A stretch of 63,679 bases of DNA, counting the filler, from Pelomyxa schiedti (lineage: Eukaryota > Protista > Evosea): NCBI GenBank assembly GCA_020536535.1. It is 9 parts of 9 records of this genome, joined end to end, with 100 filler letters (N's around TTAATTAATTAA, not from the genome) between each part and the next. Parts side by side here need not be neighbours in the genome. Positions count along the whole stretch, not along the records: positions 1 to 25,916 come from JAHLWZ010000180.1; positions 26,017 to 36,618 come from JAHLWZ010001262.1; positions 36,719 to 44,815 come from JAHLWZ010001330.1; 6 more parts are not named here. The stretch is one strand, 5' to 3'. Shown here piece after piece: positions 23,618 through 36,867 of this stretch. The notes below the pieces were generated by a model. It did not search any database. It had not been told where the DNA came from and was given only the letters and a program-made list of their open reading frames with translations. Position numbers and translations under genes: made by a program. The first letter of the stretch is position 1. The number at the start of each line of letters is the position of its first letter.

Positions 23618-24599
23618 CGGGCGAATACACGGGTGAACAATAAAATGCGAAAAGAGGGATCTTGTACAGCGTACAGGGACGCGGGTTTGGTTGATGTCCA
23701 GGTTGATGTCCTGGTTGATGTGTCTGCACCTACGTCTCTGATATCAGGCTCAGAAGGCCCCTTTCCCTGAAATCCGAAACAACAAAATAAAATAAAACAC
23801 GAAGGCGATGCGCGGCTGTTGTTCGTCGGTGGGGCTCTGGTGCGTGCGGTGGTGCATAGCGTGCGGCCGGGTCCGCAGCAGTTTTGCCATGTGACTGTTG
23901 TGATCTCCGCGGTTGCGGCACTGTTTGTTGGCAATTTGCGATTCATTCGTGTCCGTCGTAAGCTATTTTTCCCCTCGTTAACCTTGGGTTTGGACAGTAA
24001 ATTAATTTATTAACTATTAATTTACTACGAAATACTAATTGTAACACAGTGGGGACTTGCTCTTTGAGGTGTGCTTTCCGCTCCTTGCGAACCTATTTTC
24101 TTTTCTTTGGCGGGTCCGTTTTTCTTGGTCTGCTACACGTTGGAGCCATGCTTGTCACAGTGAAGGTAGGTTTTCCCTCAAGTTCTCACTAGCTTCTAAC
24201 AAAATTATAGATATGAACCCTGCTAAGTGGAATTGGTCCAGTAGTATTTTCGGATGCTACTGCCCTCTCCCAATACCACACCACCACAACTATGGTCTAC
24301 CACCGCATTGGTACCGTAGTTACACTTAAGAAACAGCATTTGTTACTTTTTCCTTTTTTTTGGAAAAAAAATTCTTTTTTTTTTAAACAAAAAGGCCTCG
24401 GTGTCTTAACCTGAGGACCAACCCTCTTACGGGGATACAACCAACTCGAAAACCAGTTAAACAAACTCTAAAAGTGTCCTGAAAAAACTTAAACTCGTTT
24501 TCGGGGAGCTTTGGGCAAACATTGGCAATAGTTTCCGAAATCATCATTTTTCTAGGAATCATCATTTTTATAGGAAAACGGGTCGATTTATGTGCTGCA

Positions 24600-25030
24600 A
24601 TGGTGACGAACAGCGGCGATTGGGTGGCGAATGAAGTGAAGGGTGACCACACCAAACGTAGAAACCCCTACTGCTGCTCAAAGTGTGGTTTCTTTGCAGA
24701 TCACATCAAGTCCACGCATGATGAACGGCTTGGTGCATATGCCAACTTGGTCCATAATAAGTGTGTAATTTTTTTACTCACTCTCATTTGATCATTTGAC
24801 TGTGTGGTAGGACATCTCTAAGGGAAACTCTAACATCGAAAATGGAAGAAAAAAACCACTCACGCTGTGACATTGAAGTTGCTTTGAGTGTCCCTATTGG
24901 AGAGACTGTTGTTCCCACCTTGCCTGCAAATTGTTCAGCAAACCGGGTTGCTGCTTATTTGAAAAGTCCTGGTAGCTCTCCCTGTGCCTCTTTAGTTTTG
25001 ATTTAAGTTCATTCCAAGGACGAATTTATA
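24600..25030 (+). CDS. Small hypothetical protein with a CxxC..H..H motif
   Basis: YCCSKCGFFADHIKSTH followed by a plausible GT-AG intron; no family recognised. Confidence 0.3.
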
Positions 25031-25152
25031 TTCTATTACTGCTGCAAGACAGNNNNNNNNNNNNNNNNNNNNNNNNNNNNNNNNNNNNNNNNNNNNNNNN
25101 NNNNNNNNNNNNNNNNNNNNNNNNNNNNNNNNNNNNNNNNNNNNNNNNNNNN

Positions 25153-25915
25153 TTCACTTTGGATAATTTTCTTCTTCATTTCAGCATCAGTGCAATGGCC
25201 AAAGGGCTGTTTCCCTGAAAAAATCTCACGGAAGGTCATTCCCAAAGAAAAACTTTTTAGATTGTTAGCTTAGCTTAGTTTAAAAGCCCAAATTGTTGTT
25301 CTCACGTATCAGTCGACTTGGAGAGCGGCTTGTTCCCTCCCATTGGCGGATGCAGTGGTTCAACACCTCCCAGGATTTCTGGGGGCATGTAGTTCCCTGA
25401 AGAAAAAAAAAAGGTGTGTAAGTTGAAAGAAGTAAACTCTTATGTATAAAACTCACTTGTTCCTTCGGGTGTGTACTTCTTTGCGCAGTTGCTTCCTGGT
25501 TCCAACATCTTTGCAAATCCAAAGTCACAAAGCTTTTGAAACAATTAGAAACTGCTGAAGGAAGGGGACTGACTGCATACACGGACATCGAAACTGTTGT
25601 TCAGAAGGACATTTTCCGGCTTGATGTCACTGTGAAATAGTGTGTAAAAAGTTATGCCAAAATAACTTGCTGTGAAATAATTTCAAGCCTTTCTCAGTAC
25701 CCGTGGATTATATGGTAATCTGAATGCAATGCGCGTATAGCTTCAATCTTGAAGAGTGTGACAAGAAGAAGGGAGAGAGAGGTCTTACAATTTCAGATGC
25801 AATCTTCATAATAATTGAGCGTGGAATTCCTCCTGCAACCAACTGTTTCATATCCAACGGGAGACGGTCTGGGTTGTGGAGCAAAATATGTAAATCACAA
25901 CTCATCTCAGGCATT
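25153..25915 (-). CDS. Third partial copy of the SHK-like kinase (subdomains V-XI)
   Basis: Near-identical to 8287-9054 with small indels mainly in introns; flanked by gaps. Confidence 0.7.
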
Positions 25916-25960
25916 ANNNNNNNNNNNNNNNNNNNNNNNNNNNNNNNNNNNNNNNNNNNN

Positions 25961-25972
25961 TTAATTAATTAA
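25961..25972. other. Artificial scaffold-concatenation spacer TTAATTAATTAA (also at 36663, 44860, 53175, 55835, 57571, 58704, 60416)
   Basis: Identical six-frame stop linker between N runs, eight times. Confidence 0.97.
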
Positions 25973-25997
25973 NNNNNNNNNNNNNNNNNNNNNNNNN

Positions 25998-26659
25998 NNN
26001 NNNNNNNNNNNNNNNNCCTGGTCACTCTCGGTATCGCCGCCCTTTCCCCCTCCGCTGGCCACCGCGTCCCTCACATCCAAGTCACCAGACAACGGCGGCA
26101 CCATCGCCAGACCGGCGTCCCGAGCCCAGCGGCTTCGCGGTGTGGTGCCGCACCCAGGCGAGAAGCTGGCGCTGGTCTCGCCCCACAACTCCGTGGCTGT
26201 GCCCAGGTGCCCCCCCACGCACAGCCCCCACAGCACAGCCAGCTCCTCCCTCCTCCTCCTCCCCCCCCTCTCCCCAGTGCGATGCCCCAGCAGCCACCTC
26301 ACGCACCTCCCCCGCTCCCTCTCCCTCTCGCTACTGCTGCCGCCCCCACTTCCTCCCCCAGCCATGGCTGCGCACTCCAGGGCGAAGTAGGAGGATCTGA
26401 GGCCGCCCCAGCTGGCTCGGGGGCCCGAGGCGGCCAGGACGGCACGGCAGGCGCGGGGAACGAGGGGAAACAGGGCCTCGGCCACAGCCATGGCCCACAC
26501 GCACTTGGACCTGCTTGGAGGGCGTGTTTCCCTGTCGTGGGAGTGCGGGTGCTGTGGTGCGATTGTGGGAGCCAACACGTGGTCCCACACCAATCTTGAG
26601 ATCGACATCACCTTGTGAACCTCGTCGTTGTCTAGAACGTAACGATTGGTCGTGTCCAT
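25998..26659 (-). CDS. 5' part of a lineage-expanded ankyrin-like helical-repeat family member
   Basis: SISRLVWDHVL..AEALFPLVPRAC..VLWGLCVGGHL; paralogous to 27100-27360; runs into a gap. Confidence 0.65.
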
Positions 26660-26742
26660 TCTTTTCTGTGAAGACTGATCGGTTGATTTCTGAAAAAAGG
26701 GGTATTATTACCAGTCAAATGGTGTTGCATGTGCTTGTTTGG

Positions 26743-27102
26743 TCAAATTAAGTCTCCTCCTGATTTTTGCATTGACAACCACAAGGCTGTTTCTGGTGGG
26801 AAAAGAACCTCGTTTTTGTGCTTGTTGCAGTGTTCAATTGCGTCACCTTGTGTGATCCCAGTCACAGTGTGGATGGTGTGTTCGATGTGCCTCGGAGATG
26901 CAATCACGAAATCCATCAGCTTGGCTCTGACAATATCTGCTGTGATTTGTGGGAACTCCCTCAGAAGCATCTTCCAGGTTGACAGCCGAACTTTGGTCAC
27001 TCCAAGCTTTGGGAGAAGTGGCTCAGTGTGTGTTGCAATCATGTCCACCACCTTTTTGTGTTTCAAATGATGAGAGTTTGGAATGGGTGTTCATGATGAG
27101 GG
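26743..27102 (-). pseudogene. 3' fragment of a paralog of the same family (inverted copy of 28611-28967)
   Basis: 107-aa ORF nearly identical to ORF 28647-28967 on the opposite strand. Confidence 0.65.
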
Positions 27103-28967
27103 AGGAGCTGGCTGTGCTGTGGGGGCTGTGCGTGGGGGGGGCACCTGGGCACAGCCACGGAGTTGTGGGGCGAGACCGGCACCAGCTTCTCGACTGGGAG
27201 GGGGGCCAGAAGGGACCAATGGGGCCGGGATGCCGGTTTGACAACGGTATTGCCCCCAATGGATTCCAATGGTGATGGCGGGGATGCCCATGGTTGTGAT
27301 GATGTGAGAGATGTGGTGGCTTGTGGAAAGAGAAAGAGTGGCGATACCGAGAGTGACCAGGGCTCCATTCTGAGCAGGGTGTGCCGGGCCGGCCACCTGG
27401 CCGTGGGGAGGTGGATCGTGACGAGGTTCGGGGCGGAGCAGTGGGAGCTGTATTTCCCGTTCCTTGGTGCCCTGAGGGGCGGCCACCTCGACGTGGCCCA
27501 GTGGATTTCTGGTCTCATTGATGTCAGGGCAGCAAACGATGTGCTGAAGCATGGGATACTCGCACCACTGTGTGCTGCAAGGGGTGGAAATCTTGATGTG
27601 ATGAAGTGGTGCTTCCAGTTATTCCCTAATGACAACGGAGGACTCTTGCAGCGTGTAGTGAAGGAATTCCTGAAGAGCAAGGTGACGGCTGACGAGCACC
27701 TTCAAGGTTGCATGTGGTTGGCACAGCAGTTTCCGAACCTGAAGTGGGAGTTGATTTGTCCAAACGAGGAGAAGACCATGAGGTGGCTGTTGCAGAGTGG
27801 ATTGGGGTCACCGAGGAGGTGTTTGTTTGTGGCAATCCGTGACATTTGCGATGTGAAGCTCCTGCAGTGGATTGTTGATGACCTTCACGAGCCTCTGCGT
27901 TCCGAAACAAAAAGGACAGTCTGGAAGTGGTGAAGTTCGCGTTTCAGAGGAATGCGAACCAGACAACACCGGTATTTGGTCCTTTACAGCGGCCTATTGA
28001 AAGGGCACTTGCTGTGGGAAACATTGCAATTGCTGACTGGTTGGAAGAAACATTCCACCATTGTGCTCAAAGAATTGGTGGAATGGCCCTGGCTGGTGAG
28101 TTACCCTACCCAAACCTGGAGATGGTTTGTCGTTTTAAGGGGTGTGTGGGGTTAAAATGGCTTCTTCAACACATTCCAGCTGAGCAAATTGGGCAAAGAG
28201 AAGTTGCCCAAGCAGTTGGATTCTGTCTGGCTTTGGGAAACATCAGTGGAGTATTGTTTTTGCTGGAGAAATTCCACATCCCTCATGGAACAGAGCACCC
28301 ATTTCCAGTGTGGAAACGGGTGTGCTCTTATCTCAGCAGGTTTGACCTGAAGACAGCACAACAGATTGCTTCACTTGGTGAATTCACCCAGGCAGAAGTG
28401 GCTGCAAGTTTGACTGATTTGTCCAGCGTTGTCTCGTCAAGCAAAACCGTGAAGTGGATGATTGAAAATTACCACGTGACAGGAGACCAAATCAAAGGAA
28501 ACACAAATGCACTGTTGTTCAAGTTGGTGACAAAATCCAAGACAAGCTGTGCAGAGTGGTTGATCAGAAAAGCTGCAATCACACTCCCTGAGGTGTGTGG
28601 CTTCGTTTCCCCCTCATCATGAACACCCATTCCAAACTCTCATCATTTGAAACACAAAAAGGTGGTGGACATGATCACAACACGCATGGAACTGCACCCA
28701 AGGCTTGGAGTGCCCAAGGTTCTGCTGTCAACCTGGAAGATGCTTCTGAGGGAGTTCCCACAAATCACAGCGGATATTGTCAGAGCCAAGCTGATGGATC
28801 TCGTGATTGCATCTCCGAGGCACATCGAGCACACCATCCACACTGTGACTGGGATCACACAAGGTGACGCAATTGAACACTGCAACAAGCACAAAAGCGA
28901 GGTTCTTTTCCCACCAGAAACAGCCTTGTGGTTGTCAATGCAAAAATCGGGAGGAGACTCAATTTGA
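27100..28967 (+). pseudogene. 5'-truncated, frameshifted ankyrin-like repeat family member
   Basis: CRAGHLAVGRW, ALRGGHLDVAQW, AARGGNLDVMKW, ALAVGNIAIADWL. Frame switch near 27895; intron at about 28593-28661; no 5' end. Confidence 0.6.
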
Positions 28968-29302
28968 CCCCCCCACAAACAAGCACATGCAACACCATTT
29001 GACTGGTAATAATACCCCTTTTTTTTGACTTTGTGACTTCCTCAACAGCAACACCCAGATCAAATTGATGCCGATTATCGAAAAAACCCTTTCGTCCTGT
29101 TTATGACACAAAACTTTGCTGTTCGTTCCACAAACACGAACATCAATCGAAACAAAATCATCAAACCTAAAACAATCATAACGAAAAACAAACAACAAGG
29201 TCGTACTGCCCAACAGCCACGTGGTCCCTCCATCCCACAATCAAGCAACACCAGGCACAAATCACGGTGAACGAAAAATTAGAGAGGACTCCTGTTTGAG
29301 AG

Positions 29303-31322
29303 ATGCAGAGGCTCCAACAACTTGTTTCTGGGGTACCGGCTCCCACAAGTCTGTTCCGTAGACACCAACAGCAACCCGAGGCGCATCGCACCCCGTTGGC
29401 GTCGCCAATTGGGCTCTTGACTCCTCTGACTACGCCGATTGGGACACCGGTGTCCCACGGTGGGCCCACGTCGCTACTGAGCCCATTGAGCTCAAACGAC
29501 GAGAATAAGAGCATGTTTAGATGTAGGATAGAACTCGAGACTGATGTGTTGTACAAATTTCGGCAGTACAAGGTTGGTTGATTTATTATTATCCCTTTCT
29601 CCTTTATATCTTGGCATTAATAATGCAGAATTGTATTATACGGTTTATGGAGATACCAAAAAAAAAAACAAGTAATGGGTTCAAGGGTTCTAATTGTGTA
29701 ATATCATAGATGACCGTTGTTGTTTGCCGAATGTGGAGGGTACGATCTTGTGTCACATCCACTGACATTGCAAGGAGGGTCATTGCTGGCTCATGGCTGA
29801 AGTACGGCTCTTTTGAAAGTACTTTCCCTTCCTGTGGTAATTTTCCAAAATTTAACATTGCCACACAGGTGCAAATTGCGCGAAGTGCTGCCAAAATGGC
29901 CTGCCACCATTGGACATAAAGTTGATTTCTCTCCCAGATGCTGATCTACATGAAAGATGTGATGACCCAAATGTGACTGATATTCTACAATTTGAATTGA
30001 CAACTCGTTGCACATCAAGCAGGTACTTTTGTGGGTTTTTTTTGCCCGTACTCACAGTTCGTTTTCAACTTAGAGAACACCTCAGAGCTCAAGTTGTACT
30101 CCTTGTCACAGGCATCAACGAAGCACCGCCATTCACCTCCAAACCAATTTCCTTGAGAGCCAGAAATCATAAACCTTCAGCTTCAAGAAATCCGAAAAAG
30201 TCAACACAAACTGGATTACCCACACCTTCCCCCTCACCATGCCTGTTCAACTCCACTCCCACTTATCAGTACAACACACCGTCGGTGCCCCAGAAGAGAC
30301 CACCCCACTTCGCACCAAATACACCGTCAATGTATACAGGAATCTCGCACACACCACTACCCCTAAATATGTCTTCATCGAACATGCCCCATAACACCAT
30401 CGTCATTGTTACTCAGAAACCACCATCAGCAACACCAGACAATTCTGTCAATACTGTGTCATACATGTTTGATGCCAACAAATTCTTTGAAACTATACGT
30501 CCTGGCACTGCACCCCCCGGGCATCAAAACTTAAGTGCAGCATTAGATTCCTTATTGCAACTTCCCAATCCCCCAAGTAATAACTTGGATTCCCTCCATC
30601 AACTTCTCCCAGATCCCCCAAAGGTTGCCCCTCCAGACCTCTCTGTTACCCTTTATGGGCATCCCGGCCAGAGTTCAATGTATCTCAGCAGCAACCAAGT
30701 CTCATTTGGATGCCCACAGGACCAAGTGGACTTTCTCTCTCCCCCCAATATTCAACATGTAGTGGATAGCAGAAATATCTCCCAATGTAAGCTTTTCCTT
30801 CATTTTTGATAGCACTCTGATTATTTACAGTACCGGAGAATACCATAGCTGCAATTCCGGAAAGGCTTTCTTGGAGTGCGTTCTCTCCCAACTTGACTTT
30901 TCTGTTACTAAAATAAACCAGGACCCACGGTATTTGTGGTTCTGATTGAAACCTCTGCCGAGAACTTTGAGAAGCTGTGCTCTACCTTTGTACAGGCATC
31001 ATTCCCATTCCATTCATTCCAACTTGCCGGTACCATTCCCTTTTGTCACTGCCTTTCTAACAAAACAATGCACAACACAGTGAATGTATACGGGTTCACC
31101 GGCACCCACAAATCAGTTGAAGACCTCATGGCTTCCTTTGTAAACCTTGAACCATACCTCCGCATCAAGAATCCCTTCAAAATTGACCTCACACTACCCA
31201 ACAACCTATTCCGGCTCATAGGCTGGTGCTCAAACCTCCTAAAGGCCGGTCCCAATAAACCCCCTCTCTGTGATTCACAACAACAACCACAAGGCTCTTG
31301 CTCTAATGCTAGCTATTTATGA
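29303..31322 (+). CDS. Putative transcription factor with a possible Zn-binding Ig-fold (p53/CudA-like) domain and P/S/T-rich tail
   Basis: Spliced LYKFRQYK...FESANCAKCC...FELTTRCTSSREHLRAQVVLLV...SKPISLRARNHK. The gene is well supported; the fold is inference. Confidence 0.55.
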
Positions 31323-31429
31323 GGATAGAATTCAAAACTCACCAGCATCACAGCACCCATTTAATTATTAATTTGATGTAAAACACAACATTCTTCTTCG
31401 TTTAGAAAACAAAGAGCAAAATTTCAATA

Positions 31430-34400
31430 AATCATATCAAAATTTCTACCAAACACAAAAACACAAGGGAGTTGTGGCGTTTTGGAGTTGAAATGGTGCT
31501 GATGTTGTTTCTGGTGTTGGGGTTTGTTGTGGTGTGTTGGTGTTAGTTCTTCCCTAGAAGAACTTTCTTTTTGGTTTCTCCTGGTGCGGAGGTTGCTGTG
31601 AGTGTTGTGGTGTTGCTGTGGCTAGTGCGTTCCATATTGTGCTGTATGCTCTCTGTGTTGTGTTGGTTTATTTATTGTTGTTTTTTGCAAGTTGGAAGGC
31701 GAACCTTGGATTGTTCTTGTTCCGGAAGTGGTGTATCGGGAAGCCGCTTTTTGAACCATGTTTCAATCTGTGTTCTGTGAGTGTTCAGCCTTCTTATCTG
31801 TTTTTCCCGTATTAGTGTTTTTCCGACTACTGCAAGGGGGAAGGTACCAGAACGGCGAGGAATTTGATTTCATCCTCGGAAGAAATGACGCTATGAAGCT
31901 CATCAGGGGGTCCAGTGGAACGCGGCTCCTAAAAAACGGTTTTAAGTAATTGAGAAGGGTAAAACGCCCACAAACCAATAGTTTTTCGATAAACGTATCA
32001 AGAAGGGAGCCAATATTGACTGTGAAGTAGGGTCTAAGGACATTTATAACTTTGTCATCCAGGATTCTTCTAGAAGTTAGTTCCATCAAAATGACTGAGG
32101 TGCACATACTCGAAATCTTTCCTTCTGTTGACAACTGTTTGAGAGACTCTGGCGATTGTGGATAAAACTTTGAAAGCTTCGGGGGTAACCTCTGGCGGTG
32201 CGTTAGCACTTTAAAGAAACCAAGTGGGCTACCAGAGGAAAGGTAACATTTTTCGGGGGAACATAGCGCATAACCAATGAACCGCAGGAAAAATATTCCA
32301 ACAACACAGAGGCTGGCAGGGAAGTAATTGGCTTCTGCTACAGGCTTTAATGCCAGGAAAACATTGCGAATATTTCTATTTTTGCTGTTAGTTTGAAATT
32401 TATCTTTAGTAAAGCAGTACAGTGGTACGCTCTCAGCAGACGAAGCAATCGATGTCATGATAGCTTCTATTACAGAAGCTAATCTTGCTCTGTTTGCTTC
32501 CAGGTTGTCCTCTTCTCCGATCCTTGTGGGATCGATATCGTAATTATTTGGATTTGCCACAACAGTATTTAGTATGGCTCCTAGGGTATTACCCAGGTAT
32601 GCGTATCCAATAAGCCGGAAGTAATGTCCCACAAGATTTGTTGCTGCTGTGTTTGTACGGAACAACACATTGCCAGTTCCTAGTGGGCTGTGACTTTTTT
32701 TTTGGTTTTTTTTCGAAGTTACCTTTATCTGTCTGCGTAATATCTTCAATCAGTAGTTGGGTTATTAACCCATGAATGCAATTGTGTTGATTTAGAAGTC
32801 TCACAACAGCGACGGAGGCACCGTCATCAGTTTTGAGTACCTCGCACAGTGGCACGACAACTGCAGGCATCTTCAACATCTGGTAAGGAGTTAGGATGAG
32901 TTTTTTTTGGTAGTCGGAGGCTCACGGGAAATATTTGATTGAAGTACGTCTTGGCAATTTTGTAGTCAGAATTGCGTTCGGTGGATGTAACAAAGTTGTA
33001 TGCAAATGTAACTTGTCCCGAAGTGCCGGAAGACAACTTCAGTGGTTGCTTGGTGAACTCTCTACAAGAAATAATTAGGTAAGAAGGGAAAAGAGATATT
33101 TACTTTGATTTGCAGGCTGCCACATCAACTTGGAAAGGAACTGTTCCTATCACTTCATTGGAAACAATCCTGTTGTACGATATAAGATCAAGTTGCATGT
33201 GCACGTTGGTGTTGTCGGCTAGTTCCATGGAGAACTCTTCTTCCCTAAGGAGCCATTTACAATTACAAGTGAAACCGATTAAAACTACCAAAGGGGGCTA
33301 GCTTCCTGCCAAACTGTCTTGGTTTTGAATTTGACGGCATCACCCACTTTGAGTGCAGTGAAGGCATTTGGTATCCTTACTCCTTTGAATGAAAGGTTGA
33401 AGGCTCCAATTACTGTACAGAGTTAACTCCTTAGTTAAAATATAACTTTCATAGTTACTTCTTATGGTGAGGAGTCCAGTCGAGTAACAGTTTTCAAAGT
33501 ACCGGATGACCGTGGCTGAATAAAGATTAGAGTTGGTATACCGAGAAGTTGTAGAATACCTCCCATCGCAGATGGTGGCACGTACTTAGCAGTCGGTGCC
33601 TGCACTGAAGGACTCGGCGAATCCTGTGCCAGATCGGCAAGAGAAATCGGTTGAGATCTCGGTAACTTGTCCAGTGACATGGTGAGAACAGTTCGACCGT
33701 TTCCAGACCCCGAAGTAGGCTGTGCTGAAGTGGTCTGTGCCGAAGTGGCTGCTGGACGCAGCAGGAGCGGCGGCGGGCTCCGCGCATCACGTCCCTCTGC
33801 TGGAGGACTTGGAGAACCACGCATTGGTTGCAGGCCCCCGACTGGGGCACTGAGGCGCACACCTCTGTTGCTGAGATTTCCATTGGGAGGGGGAGGGGCA
33901 GCACCACTTGGCTGGAAACGAGCGGACCAAGCTGATGGAAGGTTGGGGGGTGGAGGCGACGTGCACGTTGGTGGTGGCAGGAATGGGGGTGGTGAAGTGG
34001 ACACTGGAGGCGGGGATGCGCACGACTGGGGGAGTGGTGGAGGGGCAATAGGGGGTAGAGCAATCGGGAATGGGGGAGGAGAGGAAGATAACTGTGGTGG
34101 GGGTGAGCCTGAAAATTGTGGTGGGGAGGTAGAAAAATAAGGAGGAGGAGAACTGGATAGTATAGGGGGAGGAGAAGTCGAATATGGTGTAGGTGAAGTG
34201 GAATATTGTGGGATCGGGGATTGGGAACCCATAGGCGGGGGGGAATTCGAAAGTATGGGCGGAGGAGAATTTGAAATAGGTGGCGTTGTGAAGTGTGTAG
34301 GAGGAGGAGGAGAATTTGACAGTGGCGGTGGGGATAAGTGAGAGATTGGGGGAGGAGAATTTGTCAGAGGTGGCGGTGATGTAGAAAACGTATGTGGAGG

Positions 34401-34831
34401 CGAGGAGGTAGGTGATGGAGACTTGCAATAGGAAGTAGGGGGAGGTGAGTTGGGAGCAGACGAAGGTAAATCGTCAGGAGGAGGCAAAATGTCAGGCGGT
34501 GGAATGTCAGGAGGAGGGATAGGTATTTCCCTCGAGGGAACCGGTATTGGAGCAGTAGGAGGAGCCGGTTTTCGTACAGAAATCTCTGCCCAAAGAGCTA
34601 GCACTCGGCGCTGAAACGCGTCCAATGCGTCACGCACAACCTAGGGTCAAAAATGTACAATAAGCACAGAAGAAGAATGAGCGCAACGAAGCGAGTAAGG
34701 AAAAAAAAAAAAGAAAAGCGGGGGCGACGAAGTACTTCGACGGATATCATAGACGCGGGATCTACGCTCAGTTTCGCACAACAAGCAACCCATTCGTTCC
34801 ACCGTGGGTGGTCAGATACACGCAGCGCCAT
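31430..34831 (-). CDS. Proline-rich C2-RasGAP protein (3' end approximate)
   Basis: SPPP repeats; C2-like FKTKTVWQEA..LREEEFSM..YNRIVSNEVIG; RasGAP LFRTNTAAT..YLGNTL..DIDP..GIFFLRFIGYALCSPE. Confidence 0.85.
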
Positions 34832-34973
34832 TGTGTTATATTATATAGATCTCTTTCCTTGCTTGTGTGTACTTTTTTTTCTCCTTCTGCTGCTGTGTTG
34901 TGTTGGTCTAGATCCTTTTATTTCTAAAGAAATGGAGCTTTGGTGCAGCTTTTTTGCTTGAGCGCGTTCTTCT

Positions 34974-35158
34974 GGGGGAACGTTTCGTGCAAGGGAAATT
35001 ATTTGGATCACTAACAGATCCCCAAAAGTGGGTTCTATTTATGCCTGCCAACTGAGGTATCGGCCAAACGGCACTCCTGTGTGCGTCACCAAAGAATCAA
35101 ATAGTATATCCCCCGAGGGAGTCCCGCTCCTCCTCAGAGGTGTCCCACACTGAGGAGG
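34974..35158. other. Compact multi-stem element between divergent genes
   Basis: GGGGGA/TCCCCC closes several stems, followed by the 9-bp hairpin CCTCCTCAG/CTGAGGAGG. Confidence 0.3.
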
Positions 35159-35252
35159 TTTTCTTCAACTTTCGTTTTTGGTCCCTTCCCCTAATCCCGA
35201 GAAAACGGAAAAAAAACCAAACAAAAAAACCAAAGCAGGTACGAACGCACCG

Positions 35253-36618
35253 ATGGCATCGACAGGCCGTCTCGGGCGTGGTGCCTCGTCGCTCGCGAGT
35301 GTGATTATGGGATTATGCGCGGCCACGGCGATGTCGGTGCTCGTCGTCGGGTTTCTATCGCGGCCGGTCGCGGCCGACGACATGGTGTGGTGCCTCAACG
35401 TCGTCGTGGGACTTCCCGACGATTTGAATGCCGAAAACATAAGTCTCTCTTACTACCCTGTTGTTTCGTGTGGCGAAGTCCAGGACTCATTCCTCGACGA
35501 GGTTTTTTTTTTTTTTATGAAAAAAGAAAAGGGAAAAAGATAGGAATTTTTAAGAGATCTAAAAAAAAAAAAGAAATGACCCTCTTCTGAATGAATTTAG
35601 GGTCTTGATTATCCAGATAGTTCTTACCATACTGACGCAACATATCCTGTTTTGGGCCTCTACTGGTGGCTTGAAAGTTATAATGCCTCTGCTGTGGGCC
35701 TGGAAGGTGCCCCGAAGACGACACGCGGAGCTGTAGATACAGCCGTTAGGAAGAAGTTTGAGGAAAAAAACACCAAATGGACCAGGCCTGCCTATTGGCA
35801 AAAGTTGCAGGAAAAACGGAAAAAGGAGGAAGAAAGGAAGTTAATAGATGAGAAGTACCAGAAGTTGAGGGATAGACAGGCATCAAAACTTGAAAGACCA
35901 GCTCTACCGACGTCTTCAACGCCCGGAAGTAAAGCACGATCCATCTCACCTCCCAATGAAAAACTAGCAAAGCTTGTTTCACATGAAAGTGCTTCTCACA
36001 TCTCCAATTCAGTGGGTAAAAGGGATATATCTACAGCAACCAGGAAAAGGGAGGTGACACAATCAAATTCAAGACCGGTCGATCGCACCACGTCTGTAGG
36101 TTCCAAGAGTGCAGTTTCCCAGTTTTTATCTACTCGCGGGAGCCCTAGTGACCAGCCAACTTATGGTGCTTCTCATGAGATGCACGTAGTTGCAATTTTA
36201 GGATCATTGAGCTATTCAGATCCCATTTAGTTAGTACTGCTAATTTTTCTTGTTCTCCTAATATTTTTATAGTACTACAATGACTGTTGAGGGCCTTGAT
36301 CCAGCTGGAATTGCGCCATCCATCGATGATCCTGGTTACTTCACCATCTCCATGTCTTGCCAGGAAGCATTCGTTGCTGGTTCATTTTCCTCCCCCTTTG
36401 TTATCTCCCGTTTGAGGAATTAAAAGGTGGTTCTGTTTCTATTGCATACTCTGAATCTCGTTATACTGACTCCACAACTGCTGGTCCCCCAGCGGTAGTT
36501 ACGTTTGCCCCCAGATGGCGCTGTTACGTTCCCGGCTGTCCTGACTATTGTTACGAACATGGAACCTGTATCGAGGAGACTGGTGACTGTGTATGTAATG
36601 ACGGTTGGGTGGAACCCG
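35253..36618 (+). CDS. Secreted or membrane protein with an EGF-like domain (3' truncated)
   Basis: Hydrophobic signal VIMGLCAATAMSVLVVGFL; CPDYCYEHGTCIEETGDCVCNDGW EGF motif. Confidence 0.7.
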
Positions 36619-36867
36619 NNNNNNNNNNNNNNNNNNNNNNNNNNNNNNNNNNNNNNNNNNNNTTAATTAATTAANNNNNNNNNNNNNNNNNNNNNNNNNN
36701 NNNNNNNNNNNNNNNNNNTTGATGTTTGTGAAAAACCGCCGAAGTACGATCTAAAAGATAGTAGATGTAGGAGTGCTATCACGGGTACGAGAATAAATAA
36801 AGGGTGAAAAGTGGGTGCTGCAAGTGCATACATATAACGGGGGTTGGTGTATTAATATTAATACTAA

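Noticed and set aside
34990-35080. U1 snRNA (GATCAC, GCACTCC, CCCAAAAGTGGG)
   Set aside because: The loops are in the wrong order and the 5' ATACTTACCTG is absent.
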